Notes under the pieces: generated by a model
The model's database searches: none
The model's input: only the letters and a program-made list of their open reading frames with translations
What the model was told of the DNA's origin: nothing
Shown: positions 1 to 10,184 of the stretch, in pieces
Position numbering within the stretch: the stretch's first letter is position 1
Layout of the letters: each line of letters begins with the position of its first letter
Position numbers and translations under genes: made by a program
NCBI GenBank assembly: GCA_048885525.1
Contig: JBHLLP010000039.1
Span: forward strand, 1-32,036
Direction of reading: 5' to 3'
Length of the DNA stretch: 32,036 nt
From: Candidatus Hermodarchaeota archaeon
Lineage (GTDB): Archaea > Asgardarchaeota > Lokiarchaeia > Sigyniarchaeales > SOKP01

Positions 1-495
1 TTTGCTAGACATACAAGTCATAGCAGCATTTTTTAATCCTTCTTCATCATCAATACCGCTTTTAACTGAAATTTCATCAAGAATTTCTACTGCTTTCTCT
101 GCTGCTTTTCGAAAACCCTCAGTAATTACAGTAGGATGTATCTTCTGTTCTAAAAGTTTCTTAGCTCTTTTTAATAACTCACCTGCAAGAATTACTGATG
201 TGGTAGTTCCATCACCAACTTCAGAGTCTTGCGTTTTAGCAACTTCCACCATCATTTTGGCAGCAGGATGTTGTACATCAATTTCTTTTAAGATTGTAGC
301 ACCATCGTTAGTAATCACTACATCTCCGAATTGGTCTACGAGCATTTTATCCATACCCCTAGGTCCTAGTGATGTTCTGACAGCTTCAGCGATCACTATT
401 GCGGCAGCGATGTTATTTTGCATAGCATCTCTTCCACGTTGTCTTTCAGTGCCTTCCTTCATAATTAATACAGGTGTTCCGCCTAATTGTGCCAT
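1..495 (-). CDS. ths: Thermosome (group II chaperonin) subunit, 5' part; truncated at window edge
   Basis: Manual minus-strand translation from ATG at 495: [32 protein letters not shown]...[15 protein letters not shown]...[39 protein letters not shown] (TCP-1 signatures). Not in the ORF track. Confidence 0.97.
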   Translation of the reverse strand, partial: MAQLGGTPVLIMKEGTERQRGRDAMQNNIAAAIVIAEAVRTSLGPRGMDKMLVDQFGDVVITNDGATILKEIDVQHPAAKMMVEVAKTQDSEVGDGTTTSVILAGELLKRAKKLLEQKIHPTVITEGFRKAAEKAVEILDEISVKSGIDDEEGLKNAAMTCMSSK

Positions 496-724
496 TTTTT
501 TCACTCTTAGTTAATATAATTATTGAATATTTTTTTGAAATAATAATTTTATTTATATAGATCTCTAAGTCATAAAATTAAAAAAGTTTACGAATTTTGA
601 ATTCTAATATATAATTCACTAAAAATTGTCAATATCTAATTTTATGAATTAATATTATAAAGGAAAATCGATTCTTTTTATAATATTTTAATTAGTACAT
701 CCATTATACAAATAATTGATTTGA

Positions 725-1063
725 ATGGAAAGTGATAAAAATACTAAAATAAACTGCCCTAATTGCGGTAAGGTTAATGTAAAAGGTGATAAAGTTTGCT
801 TTAAATGTGGTTATACTTTCACCGAAAAACCTCAAGAATTATCTGAACTTACTGAAAATAAGCAATCTATACCAAGTTTTAGCGTCTGTTGTGTTTCTTG
901 TGTGCTTATTGTTTTGTTTATGGTTTCTATAGGAATATTTCTCGAATTTGGTGTCATTCAAGGTTTAATAGGGCTTCTAGTTATAGGGATCGGGATATTC
1001 CTAATAATATTATATATAAAATCCTTGACACCCGAGGAAGTAAAATCAGAAATTTCATTATAA
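725..1063 (+). CDS. Zinc-ribbon protein with two C-terminal transmembrane helices
   Basis: CPNC...CFKC zinc ribbon followed by two hydrophobic segments. Confidence 0.75.
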   Translation: MESDKNTKINCPNCGKVNVKGDKVCFKCGYTFTEKPQELSELTENKQSIPSFSVCCVSCVLIVLFMVSIGIFLEFGVIQGLIGLLVIGIGIFLIILYIKSLTPEEVKSEISL

Positions 1064-1274
1064 TAAATGAATCTATTGAAATAAATTAACTTTCTAGCTC
1101 TTTTTTTCAATTTTTTGATTTGAATTTAGCACAATTAAAGTTAATCCTTACATTAAGAAAATCTGTATTTAACGAAAAAGATTATCGTCTTTGGATATGA
1201 AAAAATGATAAAGAAGCTAAAACCAGCTCTTAAAAACATGAAATTACAAAATAAAAGTGATATTCAAATTTATA

Positions 1275-1439
1275 TTATTTAGTAAGTTCTCTTCTTTTTA
1301 AACGCAGGTCTTTTCCATGGCATCTACGACATTTCTTTGCTTTAAGTGGATTAAGAGCTCCGCATCTTCTACAGACTGTTTTTTCTAATAAATGATATCT
1401 GGCTATTCTCCTCTTCACTGGATCGTCTATAGGACTCAT
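1275..1439 (-). CDS. rpl40e: 50S ribosomal protein L40e (eL40), 54 aa
   Basis: Manual translation MSPIDDPVKRRIARYHLLEKTVCRRCGALNPLKAKKCRRCHGKDLRLKRRELTK; CRRC-GALNP-CRRC-LRLK pattern. Absent from the ORF track. Confidence 0.95.
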   Translation of the reverse strand: MSPIDDPVKRRIARYHLLEKTVCRRCGALNPLKAKKCRRCHGKDLRLKRRELTK

Positions 1440-1628
1440 TTTTATTCAATCAACACTCAATTCTAAAAAAAATTTTAACTTTTGTCAAAAAGTTATAAGA
1501 ATAATTTCTAAAACACATGATTTAAAATAAAATTTTTGTTTAGAATATGGTAAAATATGATAAAATTAAAATTCTATAAATAATAGATCTATTTATTGTT
1601 TATATTAAGTAAGATTAGTTGAGTTTAC

Positions 1629-1823
1629 ATGCCAAGAGAAATTTTTGACGAAGGTAAGTTCATAGAAATCTCAGAATATGCGATTCATTGTAGAGTTAAA
1701 CGTTTAAAAGATATAGTGAAACTGAAATTAAGAACTAAGAAAATTCTTTATACATATAAAACAGATCCTGCAACAGCAGAAAGATTACTAAGAAATATTA
1801 ATTGTGATATTATAGAATTGTAA
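1629..1823 (+). CDS. rpl38e: 50S ribosomal protein L38e (eL38)
   Basis: MPREI...CRVKR...VKLKLRTKKILYT matches the eL38 pattern (MP.EI...K.K.R..r.LYT). Confidence 0.85.
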   Translation: MPREIFDEGKFIEISEYAIHCRVKRLKDIVKLKLRTKKILYTYKTDPATAERLLRNINCDIIEL

Positions 1824-2016
1824 AATTTGCTTAAATAAAACGCAAATATTTTACTCCACTAAACAAGTTAGAGAATACCTTGCTTTAAAGGTTATTATCA
1901 AAAACATGTAGAAATAGTTTAATTATTTTTGAATCTTTATTTTAAAATAAGTTAATTATATATTAAAATATCATTTAGTTAATTTTAAACTGGATGATGA
2001 CTTAGTTGATTTAAAG

Positions 2017-2937
2017 ATGATTCAAGCATTATATATTTTTCAAAGTAGTACTAAGAACCTTATGTACAATAAGAATTTTCAAAGCGATGAAAAATTAGAA
2101 ATGTTTGATTCATTTTTTTCAGCATTACAAACCTTCGTTTCAGAACTTACTGAAAGCAGTAAAGAATCACTAAATACGATTGAATTAGGAGAGTATTTCG
2201 TATTAATTACACAGATTCATGAAATCTTATCCGATTTGGTTATTATTACTGATAAGGCAGATATAAAAGAAGTCCAAAAATTAATCCCCAAAATTAGTGA
2301 AATTATATTACATCATCGAGATTTATTTGTTGACTGGGATGGTGAACCAGAACAACTCGAAATGTTTGATTTAAAAATTATACAGTTAATTCTTTCAGAT
2401 AAAAAACTTATAGGTGGTTCATCTCTAATTTCTGACCAGAGCTCGATCTTAAAATCGATCTGGGAACAGAAAGGGGCTTTATCTGAACAATTAAGAGAAG
2501 ATTTATTAAATGAAAGGGAAGAATATAGAGTAAAATATCTAACCGAAGACAATTTTATCAAAAGATATGAAATTTCAAAGAAACTAATTGAGATCTCTGA
2601 AAAACTTCGAGATGACGAGAAATTTATCGAATACCAAACAGAAGCTAAATCTCTTAAAGATGAAATAAAAGATCGAAAATTACGACTTCAATATTATTTG
2701 GATAAAGTAAAAGAATCTCTAAAATATTCAAAATATGCAGAGACTTATTCCTATCTGTATTCTTTTTGTATAAAACTTGAAAATTTTGCTGAGGCTCAAA
2801 TGATAGAAAAATATAAGACTCTTGCTAGAACCATACTTAATAAAACTAAAGTATCTAGGGAGGAGTTTAAAGAAGCATTAAAAGAAATATCAGAAATAGA
2901 TCAAGAAATCAATGAATATCTGTCTTTAAGTGTTTAA
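2017..2937 (+). CDS. Longin-like domain protein with C-terminal helical/coiled-coil region
   Basis: N-terminal MIQALYIF...FFSALQTFVSEL...LNTIELG...LVIITD is typical of Asgard longin/sedlin-like domains; charged helical C-terminus. Confidence 0.7.
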   Translation: MIQALYIFQSSTKNLMYNKNFQSDEKLEMFDSFFSALQTFVSELTESSKESLNTIELGEYFVLITQIHEILSDLVIITDKADIKEVQKLIPKISEIILHHRDLFVDWDGEPEQLEMFDLKIIQLILSDKKLIGGSSLISDQSSILKSIWEQKGALSEQLREDLLNEREEYRVKYLTEDNFIKRYEISKKLIEISEKLRDDEKFIEYQTEAKSLKDEIKDRKLRLQYYLDKVKESLKYSKYAETYSYLYSFCIKLENFAEAQMIEKYKTLARTILNKTKVSREEFKEALKEISEIDQEINEYLSLSV

Positions 2938-3161
2938 GAACTAACTCTAAAATAAAAATTTATAATGTTTTACTTAACAATTTTATTTTTAACAATGATT
3001 TATGTAATTAACAGAATATATTTCTATTAAAATATTAAATTTGAGAAACCTTATAATAAAATTAATTAACCATTTTTAATAGATATCAATCACATTATTA
3101 CTATTCAATACTATTTAATAGAAATAATTAAAATTAGATTAATTAACCCGGTTTTGAGTTA

Positions 3162-3674
3162 ATGAGAGTTTTACCAGCAGATAAAACATGTATAAATTCT
3201 GGATTTTTATGTACTAATTGTCAGACTAGGCTAGATGCTGGAGAAATAACAGAATTTGAAATCGATTTAGCAAAGGATTTAATTCAATTAGAGGAAAAAG
3301 AAGAACAATTTTCTTTTCTTAGAGATATTTCATTTTATAAGGCCATAGATTATGAAGATGTAGTAATATTAGTAGTTGGGAAAAAAGATAAATTAAAAAT
3401 AACTCCCGATTTGATAGCATGGATCAAAGAAACTTATGAGATAGATGAACTAATATTTATTGAAAAAACAAATAAACCTCGTCCAGTAGTGGAAGCCTTA
3501 ATTGCACCATACAAACTTTTATCCCTTAATGAAATATTTTTAGCTACGGGAGATGTTCAGTTTAGGGCGGTACTTTGGGAAGATGATAAAGATAAAATTT
3601 TGTTTACTAAAGAAGAACTTGAAGAATTGATTTATGAATTAACTGGAAATATTACACGGGTAGAATTTCAATAA
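3162..3674 (+). CDS. Archaeal NusA-like protein (Zn-knuckle + KH-like)
   Basis: N-terminal C-x5-LCxxC followed by GEITEFEI; this family commonly lies upstream of pth2-truD in archaea. Confidence 0.7.
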   Translation: MRVLPADKTCINSGFLCTNCQTRLDAGEITEFEIDLAKDLIQLEEKEEQFSFLRDISFYKAIDYEDVVILVVGKKDKLKITPDLIAWIKETYEIDELIFIEKTNKPRPVVEALIAPYKLLSLNEIFLATGDVQFRAVLWEDDKDKILFTKEELEELIYELTGNITRVEFQ

Positions 3675-3721
3675 TTAATAAGGTTTAATTAGCTAAATTT
3701 CTAATATTTAATAGATTTACT

Positions 3722-4078
3722 GTGGAAGAATATAAACAAGTAATTTTAGTAAGAACTGATCTTAAAATGGGCACTGGAAAAAAATGTGCGCAATCATGTC
3801 ACGCAAGTGTTTCTGCTTCAGATTTAGTACGAATTCAAAATAAAACAACTTGGAAAAATTGGAAAAATACTGGACAGAAAAAAGTTGTTCTAAAAATCCA
3901 AAATATGGACCAATTAAAAGAATTAGTTGTTAAATTTGAATCGAATAAACTTCCATATTTTATTGTTAATGATGCGGGATTAACTCAACTAACCCCAGGT
4001 ACTATAACTGCAATTGGAATTGGACCTTTGTTATCGAAGGATATAGATAAAATTACTGGAGATTTAAAACTTTTATAA
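3722..4078 (+). CDS. pth2: Peptidyl-tRNA hydrolase Pth2
   Basis: [57 protein letters not shown]; GTG start. Confidence 0.96.
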   Translation: MEEYKQVILVRTDLKMGTGKKCAQSCHASVSASDLVRIQNKTTWKNWKNTGQKKVVLKIQNMDQLKELVVKFESNKLPYFIVNDAGLTQLTPGTITAIGIGPLLSKDIDKITGDLKLL

Positions 4079-4102
4079 TTCTATGAGTGTAGGCTAAAAA
4101 AA

Positions 4103-5494
4103 TTGTCTGATCAAGAAGCTGATACTTACATTTTTATGAAAGATGATGAAAATGAAGTAGAAAGGTTTGTAGGTATTGAGACATATGCTACATCCAAAAT
4201 TAGAGGAATTGGGGGAGAAATTAAGAAAAATTTTAAAGATTTTATAGTCAAAGAGATAGATATTAATGGAAAAGTCCTTGATATTTGGGAGGATTATAAA
4301 ACTCAAGCCTTTTCTGAAGAATTAGGGGATCGATATACAAGGTTTAATTTAATAAAAGTTAATAGAGATACATTTGAAGCCTTAAGACAGATAAGTAAAG
4401 CTTTGAAAATTAATTATGATAAAATTAAATATTCGGGATTAAAAGATAAGCATTCCATTTCAGTTCAAAAAATTTCAATAAAAGGAGATTATATTGCTAA
4501 TTTAAAAAAATTAAATCTAAAAGACATATTCATTAGAAATATACAACCCGCTAAGAAATCAGTTAAATTAGGAAGTCATTGGGGAAATAATTTTACAGTT
4601 ATAATAAGGAATGTAGAAAATAACAAAAATTTAAAAATTAGATTGTTAAAACTAACAAATTTTTTAAGTAAATATGGCTTTCCAAATTATTTCGGACTGC
4701 AAAGATTTGGTAGTTATAGACCTAATTCTCATATTGTTGGACGATATATTCTGGAAGGCAATTTTAAGAAAGCATTTGAGGAATTTGTTTCCACCACTTA
4801 TACTACTGAGTCTAATGAATCAAAAACAGTGAGGCGAGAATTCAGAATTAATAGAGATTATGAGAAGGCTTATGTAAATTTTCCAAAAAACTTAAAGTAC
4901 GAAAGAAATATGATCCATTATCTGATTGAAAATCCAAAAGATTATGAAGGTAGTATTAATACATTGCCCATTGATTTGAAAAAATTATTAATTAGTTCCT
5001 TTCAATCATATCTTTTCAATAAAATGCTTTCTCTGAGAGTTAAGAAAGGTTTTCCCCTGTTTAAACCAATAAAAGGTGATGTTATTAATATTTTAGATGA
5101 CTATAATGGAAATCTCACTTATGTGAAATACATTTATAGAGGTTTTTATGAAAAATTTTTGAAAAAAGCATTAAATTTAAATCGAGCAGTTATAATCATG
5201 CCTATTATTGGTAATACTACTAATTTAGAGTTATTTCCATTAGTAAAATCATTATTTAAAGAAATTATTACATTGGAGAGGATTAATAAAAACATTTTAT
5301 TTAATAATTTGAATACTGAACTAGATATGAAGGGCTCTATTAGAGCTATAACTGCTAAACCTACTGCATTAAAAATACTAGAATTCACCGATGATGATCT
5401 TAATCCTGGAAAGAAGAAAGTTAAGTTTGATTTTTCCTTACAAAAAGGAAGCTACGCTACGATGTTGATTAGAGAACTTATTAATCCACCTTAA
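4103..5494 (+). CDS. truD: tRNA pseudouridine(13) synthase TruD/Pus7
   Basis: DFIVKE, GLKDK (catalytic Asp), GNNF, GFPNYFGLQRFG, SFQSYLFN, LQKGSYATMLIRE; TTG start. Confidence 0.96.
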   Translation: MSDQEADTYIFMKDDENEVERFVGIETYATSKIRGIGGEIKKNFKDFIVKEIDINGKVLDIWEDYKTQAFSEELGDRYTRFNLIKVNRDTFEALRQISKALKINYDKIKYSGLKDKHSISVQKISIKGDYIANLKKLNLKDIFIRNIQPAKKSVKLGSHWGNNFTVIIRNVENNKNLKIRLLKLTNFLSKYGFPNYFGLQRFGSYRPNSHIVGRYILEGNFKKAFEEFVSTTYTTESNESKTVRREFRINRDYEKAYVNFPKNLKYERNMIHYLIENPKDYEGSINTLPIDLKKLLISSFQSYLFNKMLSLRVKKGFPLFKPIKGDVINILDDYNGNLTYVKYIYRGFYEKFLKKALNLNRAVIIMPIIGNTTNLELFPLVKSLFKEIITLERINKNILFNNLNTELDMKGSIRAITAKPTALKILEFTDDDLNPGKKKVKFDFSLQKGSYATMLIRELINPP

Positions 5495-6968
5495 TTTCAT
5501 ATGATACTATAGTCTCAATCCCAAAAATATCAATTATTTTCACTAAAACCTTATAATTGCCTGGTTTATCATAATTATGAACATCTGATTTTATAGACAA
5601 ATTTCTAAATTTCGGAGTTCTATAAGAAAACCACATATTGTTAAAAATTTTATTTTTAGAATTAAAATCAATAGCCCAGTAGTCAATCCAATCTGAGAAA
5701 GATTTTATATTTTCTATTACTTTCTCTGATATTTTATTAATAAATGGAATTTTATAACCTATTAACTCAATTATAACTCTATTACCATTTTGATGGATTT
5801 TAGTTTTAAATTCAGGACTTTCCTTTATATTCATATCCTCATTATTCACAATTTCTCTCTTTAGAAATGTATTTAAAACTAAATCTGCTTGATCCCTTTT
5901 ATCTAAAGATTGTATTTTAAAAGGTTTAGGACTTTTATTATAGTTTTTATTCCAATTTATCATGTCATTGCTATGACCTATGTTTAAAATCCTTTTCCTC
6001 GTCATGTGAATTGCATGCTTATTTGAATCACATCCAATCCAATATCTTCCTAACTTTTCTGCTACAGCTAGTGTGGTACCAGTACCGCAAAAAAAATCTG
6101 CTACAATATCATTTTCATTTGTTGATGATAAAATTACCCTTTTTACAAGTCGTTCTGGTTTTTGTGTGGAAAAACCCTGATATTCTAGCGTATTTGCTCT
6201 TATATAGGGAATATCATTCCAAACATCTCTCGGGAAAATTCCTTCTTTTTTTACATAAACTTTCCTTGATAATTTCTTTCCATTGTGACTTCCACCTCTA
6301 TAATAAAATATTCCTTTATCATCTCTTTTCAGTGCATTTTTTACGCGATCTGAAAAATTCTGGTATATATTCGGATCATCATTAAAAACATAATTGTCTG
6401 ATTTTGTATAGAATAATATGGTATCATAGGACCTAATAAAAAAACGTCTTGTTTTCACGGATGCTGCTGGATATGCCCAAATTATCTCGTTCCTAAAGTT
6501 ATCAATTCCAAAAATTTCATCCAGTATTAGTTTTATATAATGAGAAATGTGCCAATCTAAATGTATATAGATAGAGCCTCGATTATTTAACAGTCTCTTC
6601 ATCAAAACTAGGCGCTCATATAAAAAGTTTAAATAAGAATCTAATCCCTCCCCCCATTTATCTATATAGGCGATATTGTCTATGAAGTTTCCTTTTTCTC
6701 CAATTTGAATTTTTAAATTAAAATCTCCACCTGTAGCAAAGGGAGGGTCAATATAAATAAGAGATATTTTATTTTCGAATTGCTTTAATAAAGCATTCAT
6801 AACTAATTTGTTTTCCCCCCAAATTAGTATATTTTCCCAATCTTCTTTCAATTTTAAATCTTGTTTAGGAAAGCAGTAAATATCAATATCTTTAAAAGGT
6901 TTATTTTCATAATCTTCTGAGAAAATATCATTTCTCTCTTTTTTACCTTTCCATTTCAAATTCACCAT
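5481..6968 (-). CDS. Site-specific N6-adenine/N4-cytosine DNA methyltransferase, beta class (Mod-like), orphan
   Basis: IYIDPPF (motif IV) precedes TQKPERL and DFFCGTGTT (motif I); FRNEIIW; C-terminal DWIDYWAIDF...VKIIDIFG. Confidence 0.92.
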   Translation of the reverse strand: MVNLKWKGKKERNDIFSEDYENKPFKDIDIYCFPKQDLKLKEDWENILIWGENKLVMNALLKQFENKISLIYIDPPFATGGDFNLKIQIGEKGNFIDNIAYIDKWGEGLDSYLNFLYERLVLMKRLLNNRGSIYIHLDWHISHYIKLILDEIFGIDNFRNEIIWAYPAASVKTRRFFIRSYDTILFYTKSDNYVFNDDPNIYQNFSDRVKNALKRDDKGIFYYRGGSHNGKKLSRKVYVKKEGIFPRDVWNDIPYIRANTLEYQGFSTQKPERLVKRVILSSTNENDIVADFFCGTGTTLAVAEKLGRYWIGCDSNKHAIHMTRKRILNIGHSNDMINWNKNYNKSPKPFKIQSLDKRDQADLVLNTFLKREIVNNEDMNIKESPEFKTKIHQNGNRVIIELIGYKIPFINKISEKVIENIKSFSDWIDYWAIDFNSKNKIFNNMWFSYRTPKFRNLSIKSDVHNYDKPGNYKVLVKIIDIFGIETIVSYEIKVD

Positions 6969-7058
6969 AATTATTGATAGTAAGGTAAAAATTTTATGTT
7001 TAATTTAATTTTTAAAATTAAATATTTTTTGAAAATTATTACAAGTTGATACGTTTAT

Positions 7059-8378
7059 ATGGTAGATGAATTAGGAAATTGGAGAAAAACTCATTATACT
7101 AGTGAAATTACTCCAGATTTAATCGATAAAGAAGTAATTTTGGGTGGTTGGGTCCGAAATTTTAGGAATCTTGGAGGTTTAAAATTTATCTCACTTCAAG
7201 ACAAATATGGAGAACGTCAAATTACCTTAAAAAAAGGATCTATTTCAGATGAACTATTTGAGAAGGGGAAAGTTGGATATCAATACTGTATCATGGTAAA
7301 AGGTATTGTAAAACAGTTTAAGGAAGCTCCAGGAGGAATTGAAATCATTCCCTCTGAAATAAAAATATTAAATACGACCCCTGAGAAACTTCCAATAGAT
7401 ATGACGGGAGAAACACAATCAGAATTAGATCTTAGATTGAATAACCGAGCTTTGGATCTAAGATCACTCAAAAATCAAGCTATTTTTAAAATTAGAGGGG
7501 CACTACTAAAATCTGTAAGGAAATTTTTACTCGAAAGAAACTTTACTGAAATAACTACTCCCAAAATTATAGCTACTGCAACAGAGGGAGGTACTGAATT
7601 ATTTCCTATTATATATTTTGAAAAAGAGGCATTTCTTACTCAATCTGCCCAATTATATAAAGAACAATTAAGCGGAGTTTATGAAAGAGTATTTGAAATA
7701 AGTGATTGTTTTAGAGCTGAAAAAAGTAGAACAAAAAGACATATATGTGAAATTTTCACTCTAGATGTAGAAATGGCATTCTCTACAATGGAAGATATCC
7801 TTAAACTGTTAGAAGAAATGATTCATAACGCCATTAAGGAAATAAGAGAGAAACAATTATCTGCTTTAAAATATCTAGAGGTGGATAAAATTACAACTAT
7901 ACCAGAAATCCCTTTTCCAAGATTTAATTATGAAGAAATTATTGAATTGATTAATAAAAAATTCTCAATCAACATTGATTTTGGAGAAGATATTTCTACT
8001 GAAGCTTATAGAAAATTAGGTGAACGACTATCTGGATATTATTATATTACTCATTGGCCAATGTCTATTAAACCTTTTTATATTATGCCTTCTAAAAATC
8101 CTAAATATAGTGAATCCTTTGATTTGCAAAAAGGAATGTTAGAATTGACATCAGGAGGTACCAGAGTCCACAATAAGGAACAATTGATAAAAGCACTTGA
8201 AGAAAAAGGACTAAATCCACTTGCATTTAACTCTCATCTTAATTCATTTGACTATGGAATGCCACCGCATGCAGGTTTTGGTTTGGGTATTGATCGATGG
8301 TTAACTATTATATGCGGATTAGATGACATCCGGGAAGCAGTAATGTATCCTAGGACACCAGATCGATTAACTCCTTAG
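7059..8378 (+). CDS. aspS: Aspartate--tRNA ligase, archaeal type (probably non-discriminating)
   Basis: RKTHY, GWV...LGG OB fold, [46 protein letters not shown]. Confidence 0.96.
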   Translation: MVDELGNWRKTHYTSEITPDLIDKEVILGGWVRNFRNLGGLKFISLQDKYGERQITLKKGSISDELFEKGKVGYQYCIMVKGIVKQFKEAPGGIEIIPSEIKILNTTPEKLPIDMTGETQSELDLRLNNRALDLRSLKNQAIFKIRGALLKSVRKFLLERNFTEITTPKIIATATEGGTELFPIIYFEKEAFLTQSAQLYKEQLSGVYERVFEISDCFRAEKSRTKRHICEIFTLDVEMAFSTMEDILKLLEEMIHNAIKEIREKQLSALKYLEVDKITTIPEIPFPRFNYEEIIELINKKFSINIDFGEDISTEAYRKLGERLSGYYYITHWPMSIKPFYIMPSKNPKYSESFDLQKGMLELTSGGTRVHNKEQLIKALEEKGLNPLAFNSHLNSFDYGMPPHAGFGLGIDRWLTIICGLDDIREAVMYPRTPDRLTP

Positions 8379-8407
8379 AATTCTTAAGAATATAAAATTT
8401 TAAGAAA

Positions 8408-9325
8408 ATGATAGATAAGGATATTCAAGATTATATCAAAGCTGGAAAAGGAGTAATAGCTGCAAAAAAACTTGCAAGAAAGTTAGTGGAACCAGGAGCA
8501 TCCTTTTTAGAAATTGCAAATAAATGTGAATTTGAGATAATAAAATCTGGATGTCAACTTTCATTTCCAATTAATATGTCTCTAAATGAAATTGCTGCTC
8601 ATTATAGCCCCCCTATCGATGATCAAACTAAAATACCTGAAAAAGGATTATTAAAAATAGATATTGGTGCGCATTATAATGGATATATCGCAGATTCAGC
8701 ATTCACAATTAATATTGATGAAAATCCCAAACTTCAAAATTACATTGAGGCTGCAAGAGAAGCTCTTGAAGCAGCAATTGAATTATTTAATCCTGGAATT
8801 AAATTGTTTGAGATTGGTGAAGTTATTGCTCGAAAGATTATAAAAAGAGGTTTAAAACCAATTAAAAATCTAGGAGGTCATGAATTAAAACGATATAATT
8901 TACACGCAGGTCCTTTCATTCCAAATTATAAAGATAAGGTGCATAATCAAGAACTTAAACCAGGAGATGCTTATGCCTGTGAACCTTTTTCAACTTCTGG
9001 AGCAGGGAGAGTTGATAATGGAGATCATGCCTATATATTTCGGTTTTTAAAGAAAATGAAAAAAAATATGTCTTATGAGTATTTAGGATTTATGAATAAA
9101 ATTGAAAATAATTTTGGACAACTACCTTTTTCCCCACGATGGATTGAAAAGAATAATATTATCCCTAAGACTAAAATTCAAAGAACTCTTGAATTTTTCA
9201 TAGGAAAAAAAGTTTTAAGTAAATATCCTATTTTGATTGAAGTTCTTAAAAAACCAGTAGCTCAAGAAGAGCATACAATTGTATTAGATAGGAATGGTAA
9301 TAGAATTGTCACTACTAAAGAATAA
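8408..9325 (+). CDS. map: Methionine aminopeptidase type II
   Basis: FPINMSLNEIAAHYSP, KIDIGAH..GYIADSAFT, NLGGH, LHAG, EPF, AQEEHT. Confidence 0.96.
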   Translation: MIDKDIQDYIKAGKGVIAAKKLARKLVEPGASFLEIANKCEFEIIKSGCQLSFPINMSLNEIAAHYSPPIDDQTKIPEKGLLKIDIGAHYNGYIADSAFTINIDENPKLQNYIEAAREALEAAIELFNPGIKLFEIGEVIARKIIKRGLKPIKNLGGHELKRYNLHAGPFIPNYKDKVHNQELKPGDAYACEPFSTSGAGRVDNGDHAYIFRFLKKMKKNMSYEYLGFMNKIENNFGQLPFSPRWIEKNNIIPKTKIQRTLEFFIGKKVLSKYPILIEVLKKPVAQEEHTIVLDRNGNRIVTTKE

Positions 9326-10184
9326 TAATAAAGAAAACCTCTCTATTGTTATTTTATGTGCTGGGAAAGGAACTAGACTTAAGAAAATTATTAAAAAAAT
9401 TCCAAAACCATTAATCAAAGTAGGAAGATTAAATGATATTTCAATTCTCCAACAAACAATTAATAATTTAATAAATTGTGAAATAACCTCTATTGCTATA
9501 GTAATTGGATATTTAGGAAATGTTATTAGTGAATTTATATCTAGATTAATAAAAAATCATCCTAGACTACGAGATAAATTGATAATTATAGATACTGAAA
9601 ATCAATATAAATTAGGTCCTTTATATTCCTTGTTATCAATAACTAAGAATAAGAATTTTTTCGTTAAAAACAAGAATTATATAATAATTCCAGGAGACAC
9701 TATTTTTGATTATAAGATTTTAAAAGAAATAATCAGAATAATATCTAATAATTTTTCTTTAATTCAAAAAAATCCATTTATCTTTTATAGAAATATAGTA
9801 TTAAGACAATTAAAAGAAATATATAATAAAAAAAAAATAATTTCCTACGCTGAAATTGAAATTTTTCAGTCAGAAATTATTTTAAAAAGAATTTCTCAAA
9901 AAAGAGTAGGAGATATTGACTCTAAAAAAGTGGTAAATCAAATAATCCCTATTATCGTGTTAAATTATGACATTATTCATGAGATCTTAAATTTCGAACA
10001 AAAGGATCAAATTGAGACAGTTTGGGAGGTTTTAAACTATATAACTTTAAATGGAAAGAAAGTACTCTGTTTTGAAGTTAACAATGAACTCTATTTTTAT
10101 GATATCGATACTAAAGATGATTTAAAAAAACAAAAAAAAAAAGAAAAGGACAATAGGTGCTCCGATTATTCTAAGAATAATTGA
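9294..10184 (+). CDS. Sugar/choline-phosphate nucleotidyltransferase-fold protein (NTP_transferase)
   Basis: IVILCAGKGTRL...IPKPLI, IIPGD, YDIDTKDDL; true start may be a few codons downstream; 3' end overlaps the candidate ncRNA. Confidence 0.8.
   Translation: MVIELSLLKNNNKENLSIVILCAGKGTRLKKIIKKIPKPLIKVGRLNDISILQQTINNLINCEITSIAIVIGYLGNVISEFISRLIKNHPRLRDKLIIIDTENQYKLGPLYSLLSITKNKNFFVKNKNYIIIPGDTIFDYKILKEIIRIISNNFSLIQKNPFIFYRNIVLRQLKEIYNKKKIISYAEIEIFQSEIILKRISQKRVGDIDSKKVVNQIIPIIVLNYDIIHEILNFEQKDQIETVWEVLNYITLNGKKVLCFEVNNELYFYDIDTKDDLKKQKKKEKDNRCSDYSKNN
10124..10142 (-). terminator. Oligo-T tract (T11-G-T7 on minus strand), putative terminator of the candidate ncRNA
   Basis: Lies directly after the 3' arm of the 12-bp terminal helix; archaeal terminators are oligo-T. 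Confidence 0.5.

Noticed and set aside
2-514. 170-aa plus-strand ORF
   Set aside because: Antisense shadow of the thermosome gene.
889-7471. Short ORFs 889-1089, 2313-2561, 4094-4306, 5146-5388, 6011-6385, 7280-7471
   Set aside because: Off-frame or antisense overlaps of well-supported genes, with no motifs.
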